Source: Azolla caroliniana | Lineage: Eukaryota; Plantae; Polypodiophyta | Assembly: GCA_043228905.1 (NCBI GenBank) | Contig: JBHGNT010000034.1 | Location: 1-64,000 of the forward strand | Reading direction: 5' to 3' | DNA: 64,000 bases | Shown: positions 1 to 12,820 of the stretch, piece after piece | Position numbering within the stretch: the first letter of the stretch is position 1 | Layout of the letters: the number at the start of each line of letters is the position of its first letter | Program-made: the position numbers and the translations under genes | The notes under the pieces: model-generated | The model's database searches: none | The model's input: the letters and a program-made list of their open reading frames with translations, nothing else | What the model was told of the DNA's origin: nothing

Positions 1-1861
1 ATGAATGAATGGATGGCCTTCTTATGGCTGCTCTTGTCCGTTCCCCTCCTTCCTTCCTTCCTTCCTTCCTTCCTTCATCCCTCATCATTCCATGGCTGTC
101 TCCAAATGAAACAGTGAAGAAAATCTATCCTCCGGCTAGGGTAGGGCAGGGCATTAGATATATACACACACGCACATAGAGACAGAGAAAAAAACATTAC
201 AAAAGACTGACGATAGAGACTGGCTAGCTAAGCTTCCATTGGAATTTGGAAGCATTCCCACACATCATACACATATACTATATTTTCTTCTCTCTTCCAA
301 AGAAAAAGAGCATACACCTCATGCATACATTCATTCATGCATACATACATACATACATACATATGCATACATAGCATATATCAATCCCCTCCAACTCCAT
401 CCCCCCTTTCTTTGGTTCTTGTTGGAGATTTGCTTCCCAAGCTTTATTTATATCAGCGCCCGAGTTTTAGCAAGCCGCACCGTGACCATAACCAATTTGT
501 TTTGTCTTATTACACCAGAAGTCTCTCATTTCATAATACCTACCCATCTACATCGCGTCTTTGTTATTTGTTGCTCCATCTACACCGTGTATGTGACATG
601 AGGATATACAAAAACAAAACAAAATAATGTAGGGTTGTCCGATAGGTAGCCTTGCCTTTCACATCTACAGACAAAGGAAGAAACAAAAAAAAAATCTCTT
701 TACTTCACTTACAACTCATGTCACCATTTTTTGCAAAAAAAATCGTCTACGGTGAAACGGATATGACTTCCTTTCGTGATTGGTTAACAAACTGTGTAAA
801 GAAATGAGAAAATTTTGTCAAAACATGTAATGCAATGTGTGAAAGAGTAATCCACTTATTGCTTGTGAGTCGTGAGTGTGAGATGCTATGGAAGGTTGTA
901 GATGAGGACAACTTTCCATGTGGAAAGGTTAAAAAGCCATGAATATTCCACTTGTGGAGTGTGAGGAGGGTCCAGGGACACCATGTCAAAAACATCATGA
1001 TAACATAGCATAACAGAAACGCCAGGTAATTAATATATTGATGGACTCTAAGTCAAAAACATCAATGATAACATAGCATTACATAATGTCATGTACATTG
1101 TAACGTATGGCTTAAGAAATAAAATAATAGAATGAGCTAGAGAGAGGAATCTTTTATCTACAAATTAGTTTTGAGTTTCCACAATCAATAATAGGAAGAC
1201 ATGTTTGAAATATCTATATTTCTTTTTAATAAGCAATTTTTAACTAGTTTTTATAGAAAGGCATCATAAACTATATTGCTTCATCCTCACCAACACATCT
1301 CAGCAACGTTAGGATAGTGTCTCTAATAAGTACTAAAATCTCAAGCCCAACTACTTACGTGTAGCTCAGTACAACATATAGGATGCAAACAACAAGTAGT
1401 GAGTTGTTTTGTTTGACAATGATTAAAATGTGAGTTGTTTCTTGAGGATAAGGAGACATGTACTATTATAAACAAGTTTATATTGTAAAGCACGATATGA
1501 TAGGAGATTCAAACCTAATCTATGGTAAAGGAGTGAACAACATTTAATGTAGATACAACAAAACATTCGGGAACAATCTAAAACCAATCCATTTTCAACC
1601 ATATTGATAGATATATCCATCCCTATGCACCTTGCTCAACCTATCAAAATGAGTATTGAATTTCTTGAGCATCCCCATGCCACAATGGTCATGGATTTCT
1701 CAAGGATCTATATAGAAGTTTGGTTCACATGACTACATAAAATAGTTTCTTGTCTTCTTGTTGGTTGGAGCTTTAAGGGGGATATTGGAATTTGTCTACC
1801 TATTGTATTGCATCTATCTTTGCACAACCAACTGAGGTGGATAAAATCAATGTCAAGTTCA

Positions 1862-4800
1862 TCACTCTCCAGTGGAAGAAGATGGTGTATGACGATGTTC
1901 AGCAATGTCCACATTATCAGAAACATGTACACGATGAGGATGTACACAAATCTTAATCGATACACTGCTTGCATTGTCCAACTCGTCGATGCCATTGTCA
2001 TTCAGTGAGAACTCATAGAATCCAGCTTGCTCTTGGAACTCTATGACTGCATCAAGGAGACGGTCAAGCCTCGCCACGACCTCAATGAGCAAAGTCATGA
2101 CACCTGCCACAGAGAGGGTCTCTGCAAATGCAATGCTTTCGTGGAGTTCGTTAGTATATTGTGTAATAGTGGGATTGACATCAATACCATAGTTAGATTG
2201 AAGATTATGTTGATTGCAAATGACATCGGGGATAACATATACGAGGTCATGCAGAGACATGTTTTTGATAAAGATGTTCTTGAGGTCATGGACCATGTAG
2301 CAGACGGGGCGAAGGAGGCTATGTTTGGGTTGAGTTTTGTATCCATGGTGGAGATCATAGGCTATTTGTCGCAGAACCCTCGCTACCTCTTCGCCTAACC
2401 GCATGCCGCACCTTGCAAACACCTTTTTTAGCGATGCGGGTGCCTACTAGTCAAATCAATCAATCACTATGAACCGTTGTTTCATGAATCATCGACTTTA
2501 TAAACTTTAGAACCAATAAAACGTAAATCCTTTAACTTCAAAAGAATGTGATATGCATACTTTCATGATGTGGAATTGGTGATAAACTGTGATAATATCA
2601 TGTTAGCTCAACATAGAAAATAAAATTGCAAAACGTTTATTTTTTTAATTCAGATTGAATCTAGAGGGAAGAATTTTAAACCTCGAAACCATTGGTTAGC
2701 GCAAAGGGTTTCAATATATGGTTAGGTCGCATCATTAACCTCAATAAAGGAGCTAAACTGATCATTTGCTCGTCTTTAATGTGGTTTGAAGTGACACAAC
2801 AAATAATAAGTTGATTATGTTCTTACAAACCTGAATTTCAGAAAGAACACAACTGTGCAATGCCGATAGAGTGTAAGCACAATGGCGCAATACTGCTCCC
2901 ACATCTACCAATTTTTTCCAAGGATAATTACAACCAAATCGTCCACGTCTTGGTTCCCAACTCGCAGACATTGCCTAATCATCATCATAATTAGTATTTC
3001 ACAATTACGCAATGCAAGAGAAAACTTAAACGTATTTTTTCAAACTTATATGGTACTTTACATGCATTAAGTAACATGAATGAATATGGCTTATGAAAAC
3101 GAGCATTTCTACATGTTTAAACAATGTGACCAAGAATCCCAAATCATACTCAATGTGGATCTATAATTGTGTATAACTAGATGATAAGAAATTAGAACCA
3201 GAAGCACTTTGCATAATGTCAAGAATGTTATGATATTACGGGAGTTATACGAATAAAAACAATACCTTAGTGACCATAATAAACAACTCACAAGAGATTC
3301 TTGTGTTTGCTTTGAAATAAGAACGCCCCTATATCCTTTATAAATTTTATCGTCATAGGGTTGGCCCTTGCTGATTTTTGATGAAATGCGAGATAATTGA
3401 TGCACACCTTGGAAGTACTCTTTTACACACTCTGCAAAAAGCCAATATTACACTTTTAACAAAATTTCAAGGATGGAAAGTTCTACTTTATTATAAATTT
3501 TGGTAAAAAAACAATGACCTTCAAGTGAGTCGGCCATGCTTTCGAAGTTTTGAATAATCAATTTATGTAAGTCGTCTCCAGCCCAAATGGGAAAAACAAA
3601 TATGCTCACAACGAGACATATCATGACTCCTATTGTGATGGTCACTATTCTCTCCAAGACAAGATCAATATTGTTGGATACTCGGTATCCAGTTATTACA
3701 ACTAGGCAAAAAGTTAACAAGAACATCACTACACCATAGTCATACTTAGCTTTGATTGTTGGATTTGTGTGTGTATATGTGGCAAGCATACCTGCAAAAA
3801 TATGTTTTGTGATGTTTATGCGTGGACTCTCCCTCTAAAATGGCTTCAACAAGTATTCTTACTTTGCTAAAGTTCTAGAATGGTAAGGCCTAGAATGACA
3901 AAATGGTTTTCTTTACAGAAACTAATTCACAAGTTTCACGCATTATTTTGCAATCAAGAAATCCACAAATTTGACACAAATAACGAAATGTGTAGATGAA
4001 ATTAGCTTGAGATTATGGTAAGAATTTCATTAATTGATTTGGAACACATAATGTGTGCACATACCCACGAAGAATATTGAACACCCCACAACATAAGGCT
4101 CTATTTTGGGTCCTACAAAGTTAGCAAAATAGTCAATCATCAATCCAAGTGAAGCTGCCATGATGGTACCTAGCCCTCTGTTCAACCCTTTGCTTAAGGT
4201 CGCACCTACACAATACATTATCAATTGAGAAATCAAGGTGGCCTCAAGTAAGTATGAACATACTAAGATTTGTTGGTAAAATATCGTGGCATTCTCTCCA
4301 GGTTACATTCAAACACATACATGTTTGACGAGCCCCATCACTCTATAAACAATCTCTAAGAATCATAGTTTAGAGTAAATACATATAAATGGTCATGAAA
4401 ACAATGCTAGCAACAAAACATGGGAATTGTCTAGAAGAAAAATAAGTACATCTAAATGTTAATTACAATAATAAAGCAACATCTTGACTATATTTTAATG
4501 TTCGTAGAAAGCCAAAAACATGGACAAACAAGATTGTCTCATCTCCTTGTGGGGCAGAGGAAACTTCCACACAACTGGAAGGTTGTCCAAAGGTCGTGGG
4601 TTCGATGTTCGATTGGGAATTGTCTAACTAGTTGGTATGTTTAGAGAAGGTAATGAGTTAAAACACATATATTTATGTACCATACCTCAAATATTTTAAC
4701 CCCTACAATTGACCTAGTGAAATACAAGATACTCATGAACTCCTAGAATTGATTGAGCGAAATAGTGGATAAATTTGAACCTTTACAATTGATCTATTGA

Positions 4801-5497
4801 AATTATGGATAGATTTGAACCCTTGAAAATTCATCTAGTGAAACATAAGAACCTCACTTATGCATTGTATAGCCCTTACTCTTAGTGAAATACTTGAAGC
4901 TAACTCGGTGCATTCAATCGCCTCTACATTCTTACTTTGGTGGAATTAGTGGGAATATGTGAACCTACAGAAGTGATCCATCATTCATCTAGTGAATTTG
5001 ATGGGATTTGATCCCTCCCCAATATGTACTTCCAACATTCATACGGTGAAATGGGTACAATATTGCATTCATCTAGAGAAATGGGTGGAATTTGAAACCA
5101 TGCAATCCTATATGCCCCCCCCCTCTTTCCCCCCTTCTCTAATATTGAATTTACATGTATGTTTATATACATAGTGATTGGAAGCATAGAAAAGGAAGTT
5201 ATATACATAGTGATTAGAAGCATAGAAAAGGAATTAGGTATTCAAGCTACCAATGGTGAACTCGAAGACGACAACAATGGTGAGAATTGCCCATAGGGCA
5301 TTGTTACCGATCCTTTCGGAAACCTCCCGAAGCAAAACACTCAAAGACATCAACACGAGCGCCAACGCCACCTTCACCGAATACGCCACCCTCTGCCACT
5401 CCACTTCCCCTCTCCCACAATACAATAATATGCTCGCACCACCACGACATTGCCGCCTCTCCCCATTCTCATCTTCCTCTGTTTCACCCTTCATCAT
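1862..5497 (-). CDS. ALMT: Aluminium-activated malate transporter (ALMT) family anion channel, 6 exons: 5497-5251, 4205-4065, 3791-3519, 3431-3292, 2974-2831, 2443-1862
   Basis: Spliced translation shows ALMT motifs: [83 protein letters not shown]. All five introns are GT..AG and phases are consistent. Confidence 0.93.
4690..4850. repeat. Degenerate ~40-bp tandem repeat in ALMT intron 1
   Basis: Recurring tt(t)gaacc..tacaattgatctagtgaaat-like units, about 4 diverged copies. Confidence 0.45.
5163..5235. repeat. Near-perfect ~36-bp tandem duplication in ALMT intron 1
   Basis: ttatatacatagtgatt(g/a)gaagcatagaaaaggaa occurs twice in tandem. Confidence 0.8.
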
Positions 5498-8400
5498 GTA
5501 TCGATCTTCTGCATTCCACTTGTTGTTTCTTCTGTGTGCTCTTTTTAAGTTCTGATTAATATATAAGAGTGGCCAAATCTCTCACTCGCTCTCTGCGTCA
5601 GCTACCAATGAAGTGCGCCAAAAAAACCAATTTAAATTGAACGTTAAATCTTCTTCTATTTAAAACCCTTAAGCTTCCCTAAAATTGGCGTCTCTGTGAC
5701 CACGAGCAAAATCCAAGGAATAAATGCTTGTTGACTAGAAAAAAACCAACAATTCTCAGGGAGTGCTTGTCCTTATTAGAGAATCGGAGCCAATTTGCCC
5801 CTTTTTATTGTCATTGATGATGCCTCCAAACATTCTCTCCCCCCCCCCCCCCCCCCCCCAATCCGTCACTTGTATTAGTATGTCACACTTTTGTCCCTTT
5901 GGTATATTAGGCTTTAAAACATTAAATTCTCTCCTTATTCCTAGCGTTAAATGGGACGCATCTATGTATAATTTGGTTGATTAAACTATTGGCTTATGGG
6001 CGGCCCGGTAGAAATAGGTTATGCATTGATGGAGAAATGGCCTATCAACGAACTAAGTTTATCAATGCATACATGTATCCCTTTCTCTTGTGATTATTTT
6101 GCCTTGATGGAATACAAAGGGAGACCACGACTAGATGCATGTGACATTCTTTATTAGCATTTCTTGCGTGTTGTTGATTATGTTATATCAAGTGGGAGAT
6201 CATTAATGAACATATCTATCAAGACCCACTTCAGATTTCTGCCTTGGAACATATGTTAACAAATATATTTATCATGCACATTCAATTTTTACTCGAGCAG
6301 CGTGTTAATATATTCGAAATGTAGATTATTTGTGTTTCTTTTATGTGCCTAAGTTTGAGGATGTTAATGGATATTCTATATGTTATTTTTGTGAGATTCA
6401 TTAGCCAACACAAGTTTGACCTGAATGGATGTGATGGAATAATAGATAAGTTCCAAATGTACATCATGTTTTGATTCATAAACATGGACATGGATGGGTG
6501 GCATGTTGTGGTTTGTGTTAGAAGGACATAATAAAAGATTTGTGTCATACTTTATGTTTATTGTATTTGCAATATTGAATATGATATTGGCTTTCTATTG
6601 CTCATTATGAACATCTTATGCTTGGTTGTTTATTTGAATGTGGTCAAATGTATTTTTTTTAAAATTAAAAAGATACCACGTTAGTATTAAGCATTGCCCT
6701 AAGGGCTATACATGTAATTATTCATATTTTTTAAACCAAGGTTAAGTTCTATTGGTGTTATATTATTGACTAGACAACTTGTTGAAAAACAACTTGATTT
6801 GCACACAAGGAGAATCAACGTAAAAGAGTTTGAAGACATATGGTCCAATATTGAAACATTGGATATGAAAAGTAACTTTGTTTATGGTGTTGAGTGTTCT
6901 TTCCACAAACAATTGTTAAGGTGTTATTTTGGGTACATCGTACAACTCATTGCGGTTGCCTAGATTGGGCTAGTTGTTGCAAATTTATATATGTCATGCA
7001 CTTATGTAATTGCGATGAATTCCTTTACCCTCCACAAACTTCTACACATAAGATTTTACAAGTGAGTCATAAAATCACATCCAGGCTCTTTCAGATTCCA
7101 TATAATCCACAAAAATGTGTACCACTCAAAACATATAATGATGATGATTATATGGTTAAATTTTAAATTTGTTAATGACATGTAAATGTGTAATGGCAAT
7201 ACGTAATAATGACTTCAAGTTTTTCAACTCTTTTTTCTTAATAATGACTTATTGTAGGTGAAACAATTTTTCTTTTTATAAAAAGAAAAATTCCCATTTT
7301 CTACCATTGGGTTATTGAAAGCAAAAATTTCTAATTTTTTTTCTAGGTAGTTGTGTTAGTAAACCTTCACGTAGTTATCTCCGCGAACAAATTCTGAATT
7401 AATTAAATTGATACACTTTATCTACAAATTTGGCATACAACATGTCATAGAGTTGTAAGTCAATGCACATGCAACATCATCTTCAAGAGTTCAATACATG
7501 TTCTTAATGCTACAAAGCACTAACGGTTACACCATGATATTGATAATTTAAACATGTGGAATGCCAATAATTATATGACAACGTCTAAAGGAGTAGTTTT
7601 TGGGGAGCATCTAAGATATATTTTATGATACAAAGGCACCATAAAGTTGGTGCTTTTGCATTGAACTATATAATATGTTGGCTTGTAAATCATATGAGAG
7701 ACTTTTAGGGTTCCCAAAAAAATATCTAGCTTATGCTATACTTTAGATGGTATAAAGATGACAATGCAATGTTTTGAAATAGTAAGGTTTGCGTTCAAGC
7801 TCAAGCAATGGGTTTAATGTCTTTATCATTATGAAAAAACCTCATAATTTTACTTTGAGAACATGCATACTAATAGTTCCACCTAAAGATTAGCTTTATT
7901 GTCATCTCCACAACAATAGTGAAAGTGAGAACATTGTCATTTAAATAATACTAACAAATTTAAATAAAAAACGAACTTACGTAAAGTACTTTAGTTTGAG
8001 ATCATCCATCCACACTAATAATTTGTTCTTGAAAACGAGGCTTCACAAAATTGAGATCATTTGACTTTTTAGTCTGCGACATAGGGAGTGAAAATCATAA
8101 CAAACAAGATTATGAACAAGAAAAGGACTTAGTAATTCTTGTTAAATTTTGAAAAGGTTTATGATAGAGTGAATTGGGACTTTTTAGAAGAGGCGATGAG
8201 AAGATTAGGGTTTCCAGAAGCTTGGATTATTGCAGTGCCAACTTTGTATAGATTAGCTTATAGTTTTATCTTAGTAGCAGGAGGTAGAGGACGAAGGTTT
8301 CAAATGTCACGATATGTTCGCCAAGGGTGTCCGTTAGCCCCTTTCTTATTTCTTATTGTTACAGAGGTATTTTCAACATTTTTAAATTCAGCAGGTGCTG

Positions 8401-9169
8401 GGATCCAAGGGCTGGTCGCACCGATCTCTAACAAGATGATTTTAGATGTGGAGTTTGCAGATCATACAACATTATACATGCGCGTTGAAGAAGGTAATTT
8501 GTATAAAGCACAAGCTGCATTGGAAACATTTTGTGTTGCCTTTGGTGCAAAAGTTAATTGGTGTAAATCAGTGGGTTTTTGGGTTTCAATGCGGCCATTG
8601 CCATCATGGAGACCATTTGAGTTTTTTCGTTGGATTCAAGAAGTTCATTATTTAGGATGTCAGGTTGGTATAAATATGCATAATGAGCGATTGTTAGCTC
8701 CTCTAATGTTATCACTTAGGAAAAAATTGCTGATTTGGGACACTACAGAGTTGTCTTTAGCAGGCAGAGTAATGATAGCTAATCGGGTTCTCCTTTCATC
8801 GATGTGGTATATTGCATCTACATGTTTGTTCTCTAGATCTTGTTTGTTACAAATTCAACGATTGGTTCGAAACTTTATTTGGATCGGACGAAGTAATAAT
8901 GATGCTTGTGTGAAGGTAGCTTGGTCGACACTTACGATGCAATTTTTTGATGGTGGTTTAGGGTTGGTGGACCCAGACAACCAATGTAAGGCTCTTTTGG
9001 CAAAATTTGTTGTTATGGCTATGTTGCCTGCTCAAGGTATATGGTCAGAGTTGCGTTTAAACCGATTGCTTGATATTAAATCGTCTACGGGGGGTTTTGG
9101 AAACCATCTCTAAGATGGGCATGCTTGTCAAATTTTAAGACGAGACCAATACATGGTCCGATAGATGGT

Positions 9170-9566
9170 TGTTGAGAATCAAGCTCAACTTGGTCTAGTG
9201 TGTGAACTCACCTTGGGGGTGAATAGACACTCCAACAGTCAAAAGTCACCATTATGTCACCACTTTGTATTCTAGCATTTAGTATGAGTCATAGAATCAT
9301 ATTCTATAACACATAATTTATGAGCTTTCACATTCCCCATGCTCCATGAGTCTTGTAGTTAATGAAGAGAGAGGGTGACTATATAAAGCACCCTCCTCCC
9401 ACCTTGTATGTTGTCGAGTCTTTCTCCTTTGTTAATATACTTTAACTTGCGTATTCTCTGTGTCTTACTCCTTGTCTCTCTCACACACACACACACTCTC
9501 TCTCTCATACACACACACAACTCATATTTATTCCGTTGCACAAAATCCATCTCTTGATTCTTTACA
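9170..9566 (+). repeat. Copia A 5' LTR
   Basis: TGTTGAGAATC...CTTTACA, direct repeat of 18412-18806; TATATAAA near 9380; CT/CA microsatellite. Confidence 0.95.
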
Positions 9567-9687
9567 TGGTATCAGAGCAACTTGGTAGCTCGATCTAGCC
9601 CATCCGCGTGCGCTGTGTCCTACGCCGATGAACAAGAACCGACTCATCGCTATCGTAGCTTCGCTACATAGCTCGCATTCGAAGAGA

Positions 9688-9750
9688 GAAGAAGAAGAAG
9701 AAGAAGAAGAAGAAGAAGAAGAAGAAGAAGAAGAAGAAGAAGAAGAAGAA
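9688..9750 (+). repeat. (GAA)n microsatellite in the Copia A 5' UTR
   Basis: About 21 GAA units immediately upstream of the gag ATG. Confidence 0.95.
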
Positions 9751-9758
9751 TCGACATA

Positions 9759-11987
9759 ATGAATACTCAAATGGTGAGCACTCTCCCTACCGAGAAGTTG
9801 GATCGAAACAACTTCGCATCTTGGGAGTACAAGATGTACCAATACCTTGTCGGACAAGGCTGTTGGGACATGTCCATCACGACATACACCTTGAAGATCA
9901 AGGAGCTTTGCGACTCGCTTGGCTCAATAAGCGTAAATATCGATGATGATGAGATGGTGCAAATATGCCTCGACGGCCTCACACCACGGTTCGGCGCGAT
10001 GCGAACTGCCGTTCTAGCAAGGGAGAAATCTCCCTTCTTCTTCGAGCTCCAATCAATGCTATTGGTCGAAGAAAACCACATGCGTACAAGGAACAATGAG
10101 TCGGAAGGCCACATGCTCTACACGCACTCAAACGGAGGAAGAGGATGTGGATGAGCGAGAGGCCGATTCAGCCAAGGATAAGGCAGACGAGGTCTGACCT
10201 ACGACAACAACTTCCAATTTCGGCCGCAAAACGGAAGCCAACAAGGAACCTTCGCAAGAAGGGGGAGCTTCCACTCTAGCCCGAGCCGTCAAAACGCAAC
10301 CGAATGCGGATATTCCGGAAAGCTCGGCCACCACGAAGAAGAGTGCCGAAAGAAGATGCGCGAATCGGCTTCCACAAGCCGACAACTCACGAATTACGCA
10401 CACAATTCCGACTACGAAGAGTATAGCGGAATGTACAAGCACAACTCCAACTACGAAGATCGTGGCGGAATGTATGCACACAACTCCGACCGTGGCGGAA
10501 TGTTCATGATGAAACATAGAGCAAACTCTATGTCATCCTCTACCTCAACTAGTGCCCTCAATCCGGAGGATGTATGGTTTGTTGACTTCGAAGCCTCAAA
10601 CCATATGACATCTCATAAAGAATGGTTTCTCGAACTTTGAGAGCCAGAGCGACCCAGTTATGTCAAAACTGGAGATGACACTACGCACCCGATTCGGCAC
10701 ATCGGCAATGTTCTGTTCGGCAAAAGAGGTAAGCAAACATACATTAAAAAGGTCTTGCATGTTCCCACCATCATGAAGAATTTGGTCTCAGTTGGCCAAA
10801 TGGTTGAGCAAGGGATGCAAGTACGATTCGACCAAGAAGGGTGTTTCATCGAAAAAGATGGCCGAATCATCGCGCGCGGAAGAAGAGAGGGTCAGATGTT
10901 CATTCTTGATTCACACGAGATGAAATCCGCCATGTTCGCAAAAAGCACGAAAGTTGACTCCGACATAGAGCCATGGCATAAGCAAATTGGCCACATCAAT
11001 CTCAATAAACTCAAAGCAATGAAATCGAAAGGAGCGTCATCGGACTCCCGACATTCAAAGAGAAGGAGATTGAAGGTGTATGCGAAGCATGCCAATTCGG
11101 CAAGCAACACTGACACCCATTCCCGAAAGAGTGGAACGTGAGCAAAGGTCTACTCGACGTAGTCCATTCTAACGTATGGGAACCGGCGCAGACGGCTACA
11201 TTAGGCGGATGCCGATATTACGTGCTCTTCATCGACGACTTCTCCAAGCACACGTGGCTCTATCCAATGCGGCAAAAGAGCAAAGTGTTCAGACACTTCC
11301 AAAAATTCAAGAATGAAGTCGAGAAAGCCATGGGCCGACATGTATGATGTCTTCAATCGGATGGCGGCAAGGAGTACTTCTCTGACGATTTCACGGCGTA
11401 TCTCCGAAAGGAAGGAATTCGGCGAGAATTCACTTGCCGACACACTCCGCAACAAACGGAGTAGCCGAGCGCAAAAATCGGCACATCCTTGAAGTAGCGC
11501 GGGCCATGATGAACGAGAAGCATATGCCCAAGTCATATTGGGCCGAAGCTGCAAATACGACCGTCTACCTAATGAACCGGTGCACAACATTCGGAGTGCA
11601 CGAGGTCACTCCGCACGAAAAATACTTCGGAAAGAAGCCGGACTTATCGTACACCCGGATATTCGGTGCGATAGCGTACGTGCACATCCCCGACGAGAAG
11701 TGTCAAAAGCTTGACCCGAAGTCGGAGAAATGTATCCTCCTAGTATACTCACTGGAGCAAAAGTGGTACAAGTGCTACAACCCCTCAACTCGAAAATCTC
11801 GAGTAAGTCGAGACGTCGTTTTTGACAAGTCCGCATCTTGGTACGCACTAGAGACAACTTCGACTCCGACTCCGCTTGACCCGGAATCCGCCGAACAAGA
11901 GATAGAGGATGAAGGATACTCAAGGATACTCAAAGATCTGGGCATACCCATCAAGGATCCGACTTCGTTTACTGCGACAACATAAGC
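9759..11987 (+). pseudogene. Copia A gag-protease-integrase pseudogene fused to the RNase H C-terminus
   Basis: LPTEKLDRNNFASWEYKM (gag), WFVDFEASNHMT (protease), WHKQIGHIN, VVHSNVW, FIDDFS and NGVAERKNR (integrase), with stops and frameshifts. The RNase H tail (NPVFHVRTKHIKVHYHFIRE) continues at 18012-18210. Confidence 0.9.
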
Positions 11988-12031
11988 AATATTGTCAATG
12001 TAAGTGTTTGCGGAAGCGTAAAACAGAGAAC

Positions 12032-12143
<112 letters not shown>

Positions 12144-12820
12144 AGAACACAATTTCAAAATTATATCAAGACTCTGTATTTACACACTGTGCTAAGTAGC
12201 ACTATTTATACAAGTCCTCTTGGGACTGACAAAAGTACCATGTACTTCAATGCTCACACGAGCATTTGACACTTACTACGAGACTATAGATACCTAGTAG
12301 TCTATCCTATTCTAGGCTTCCGATTGGATTGCCGGTTACGGATTGCACCCGGCCTCCACTGCTTGCCGGTTCGGTTGCTCACCGTCATACCGATCCGTTT
12401 CGCCCGATCCGTCTCGCTTACCGGCTCCGGCTTATTCAGCCGATCCGGCTCCGGTTGAGCTTGCCGCTCAACACTCCCCCTCAAACTCTCCGCCTCTAGT
12501 GTCGTAGTGTCGACCTCTGTGGCAGTCGGTTCTTCCAACCGACTTCTCCTGGCGTCACTCCGCCTTGCTCGCGCTCCTCGTCCGGTCCGGTCCCGTTTGC
12601 CGCGACTCCTTTGGTTCTGCGCGCCTCGACCCTCTCGGTCGGCATGTCTGCTCAATAGGCCCATCTCAGCACTCACGTTGTTGTGACTCCGGCGCTTGCT
12701 GATCCGTCGGTTCTCCCACAATGGCATCGACTTCCGCTGTGTCCGTGTCCCCTTGGCCTTCAGTCGATCCGACTCATCCGGATCCATCTGTTGATCCAAG
12801 TCAGCTGTCTCCGACTCATT

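Noticed and set aside
1-640. Short ORFs and (TTCC)n / (CATA)n tracts at the window start
   Set aside because: Low-complexity translations of microsatellites with no recognisable domain.
6720-7010. CGCLDWASCCKFIY resembling a SWIM zinc finger of a MULE transposase
   Set aside because: The His ligand is missing and there are no TIRs or other transposase motifs; too weak to call.
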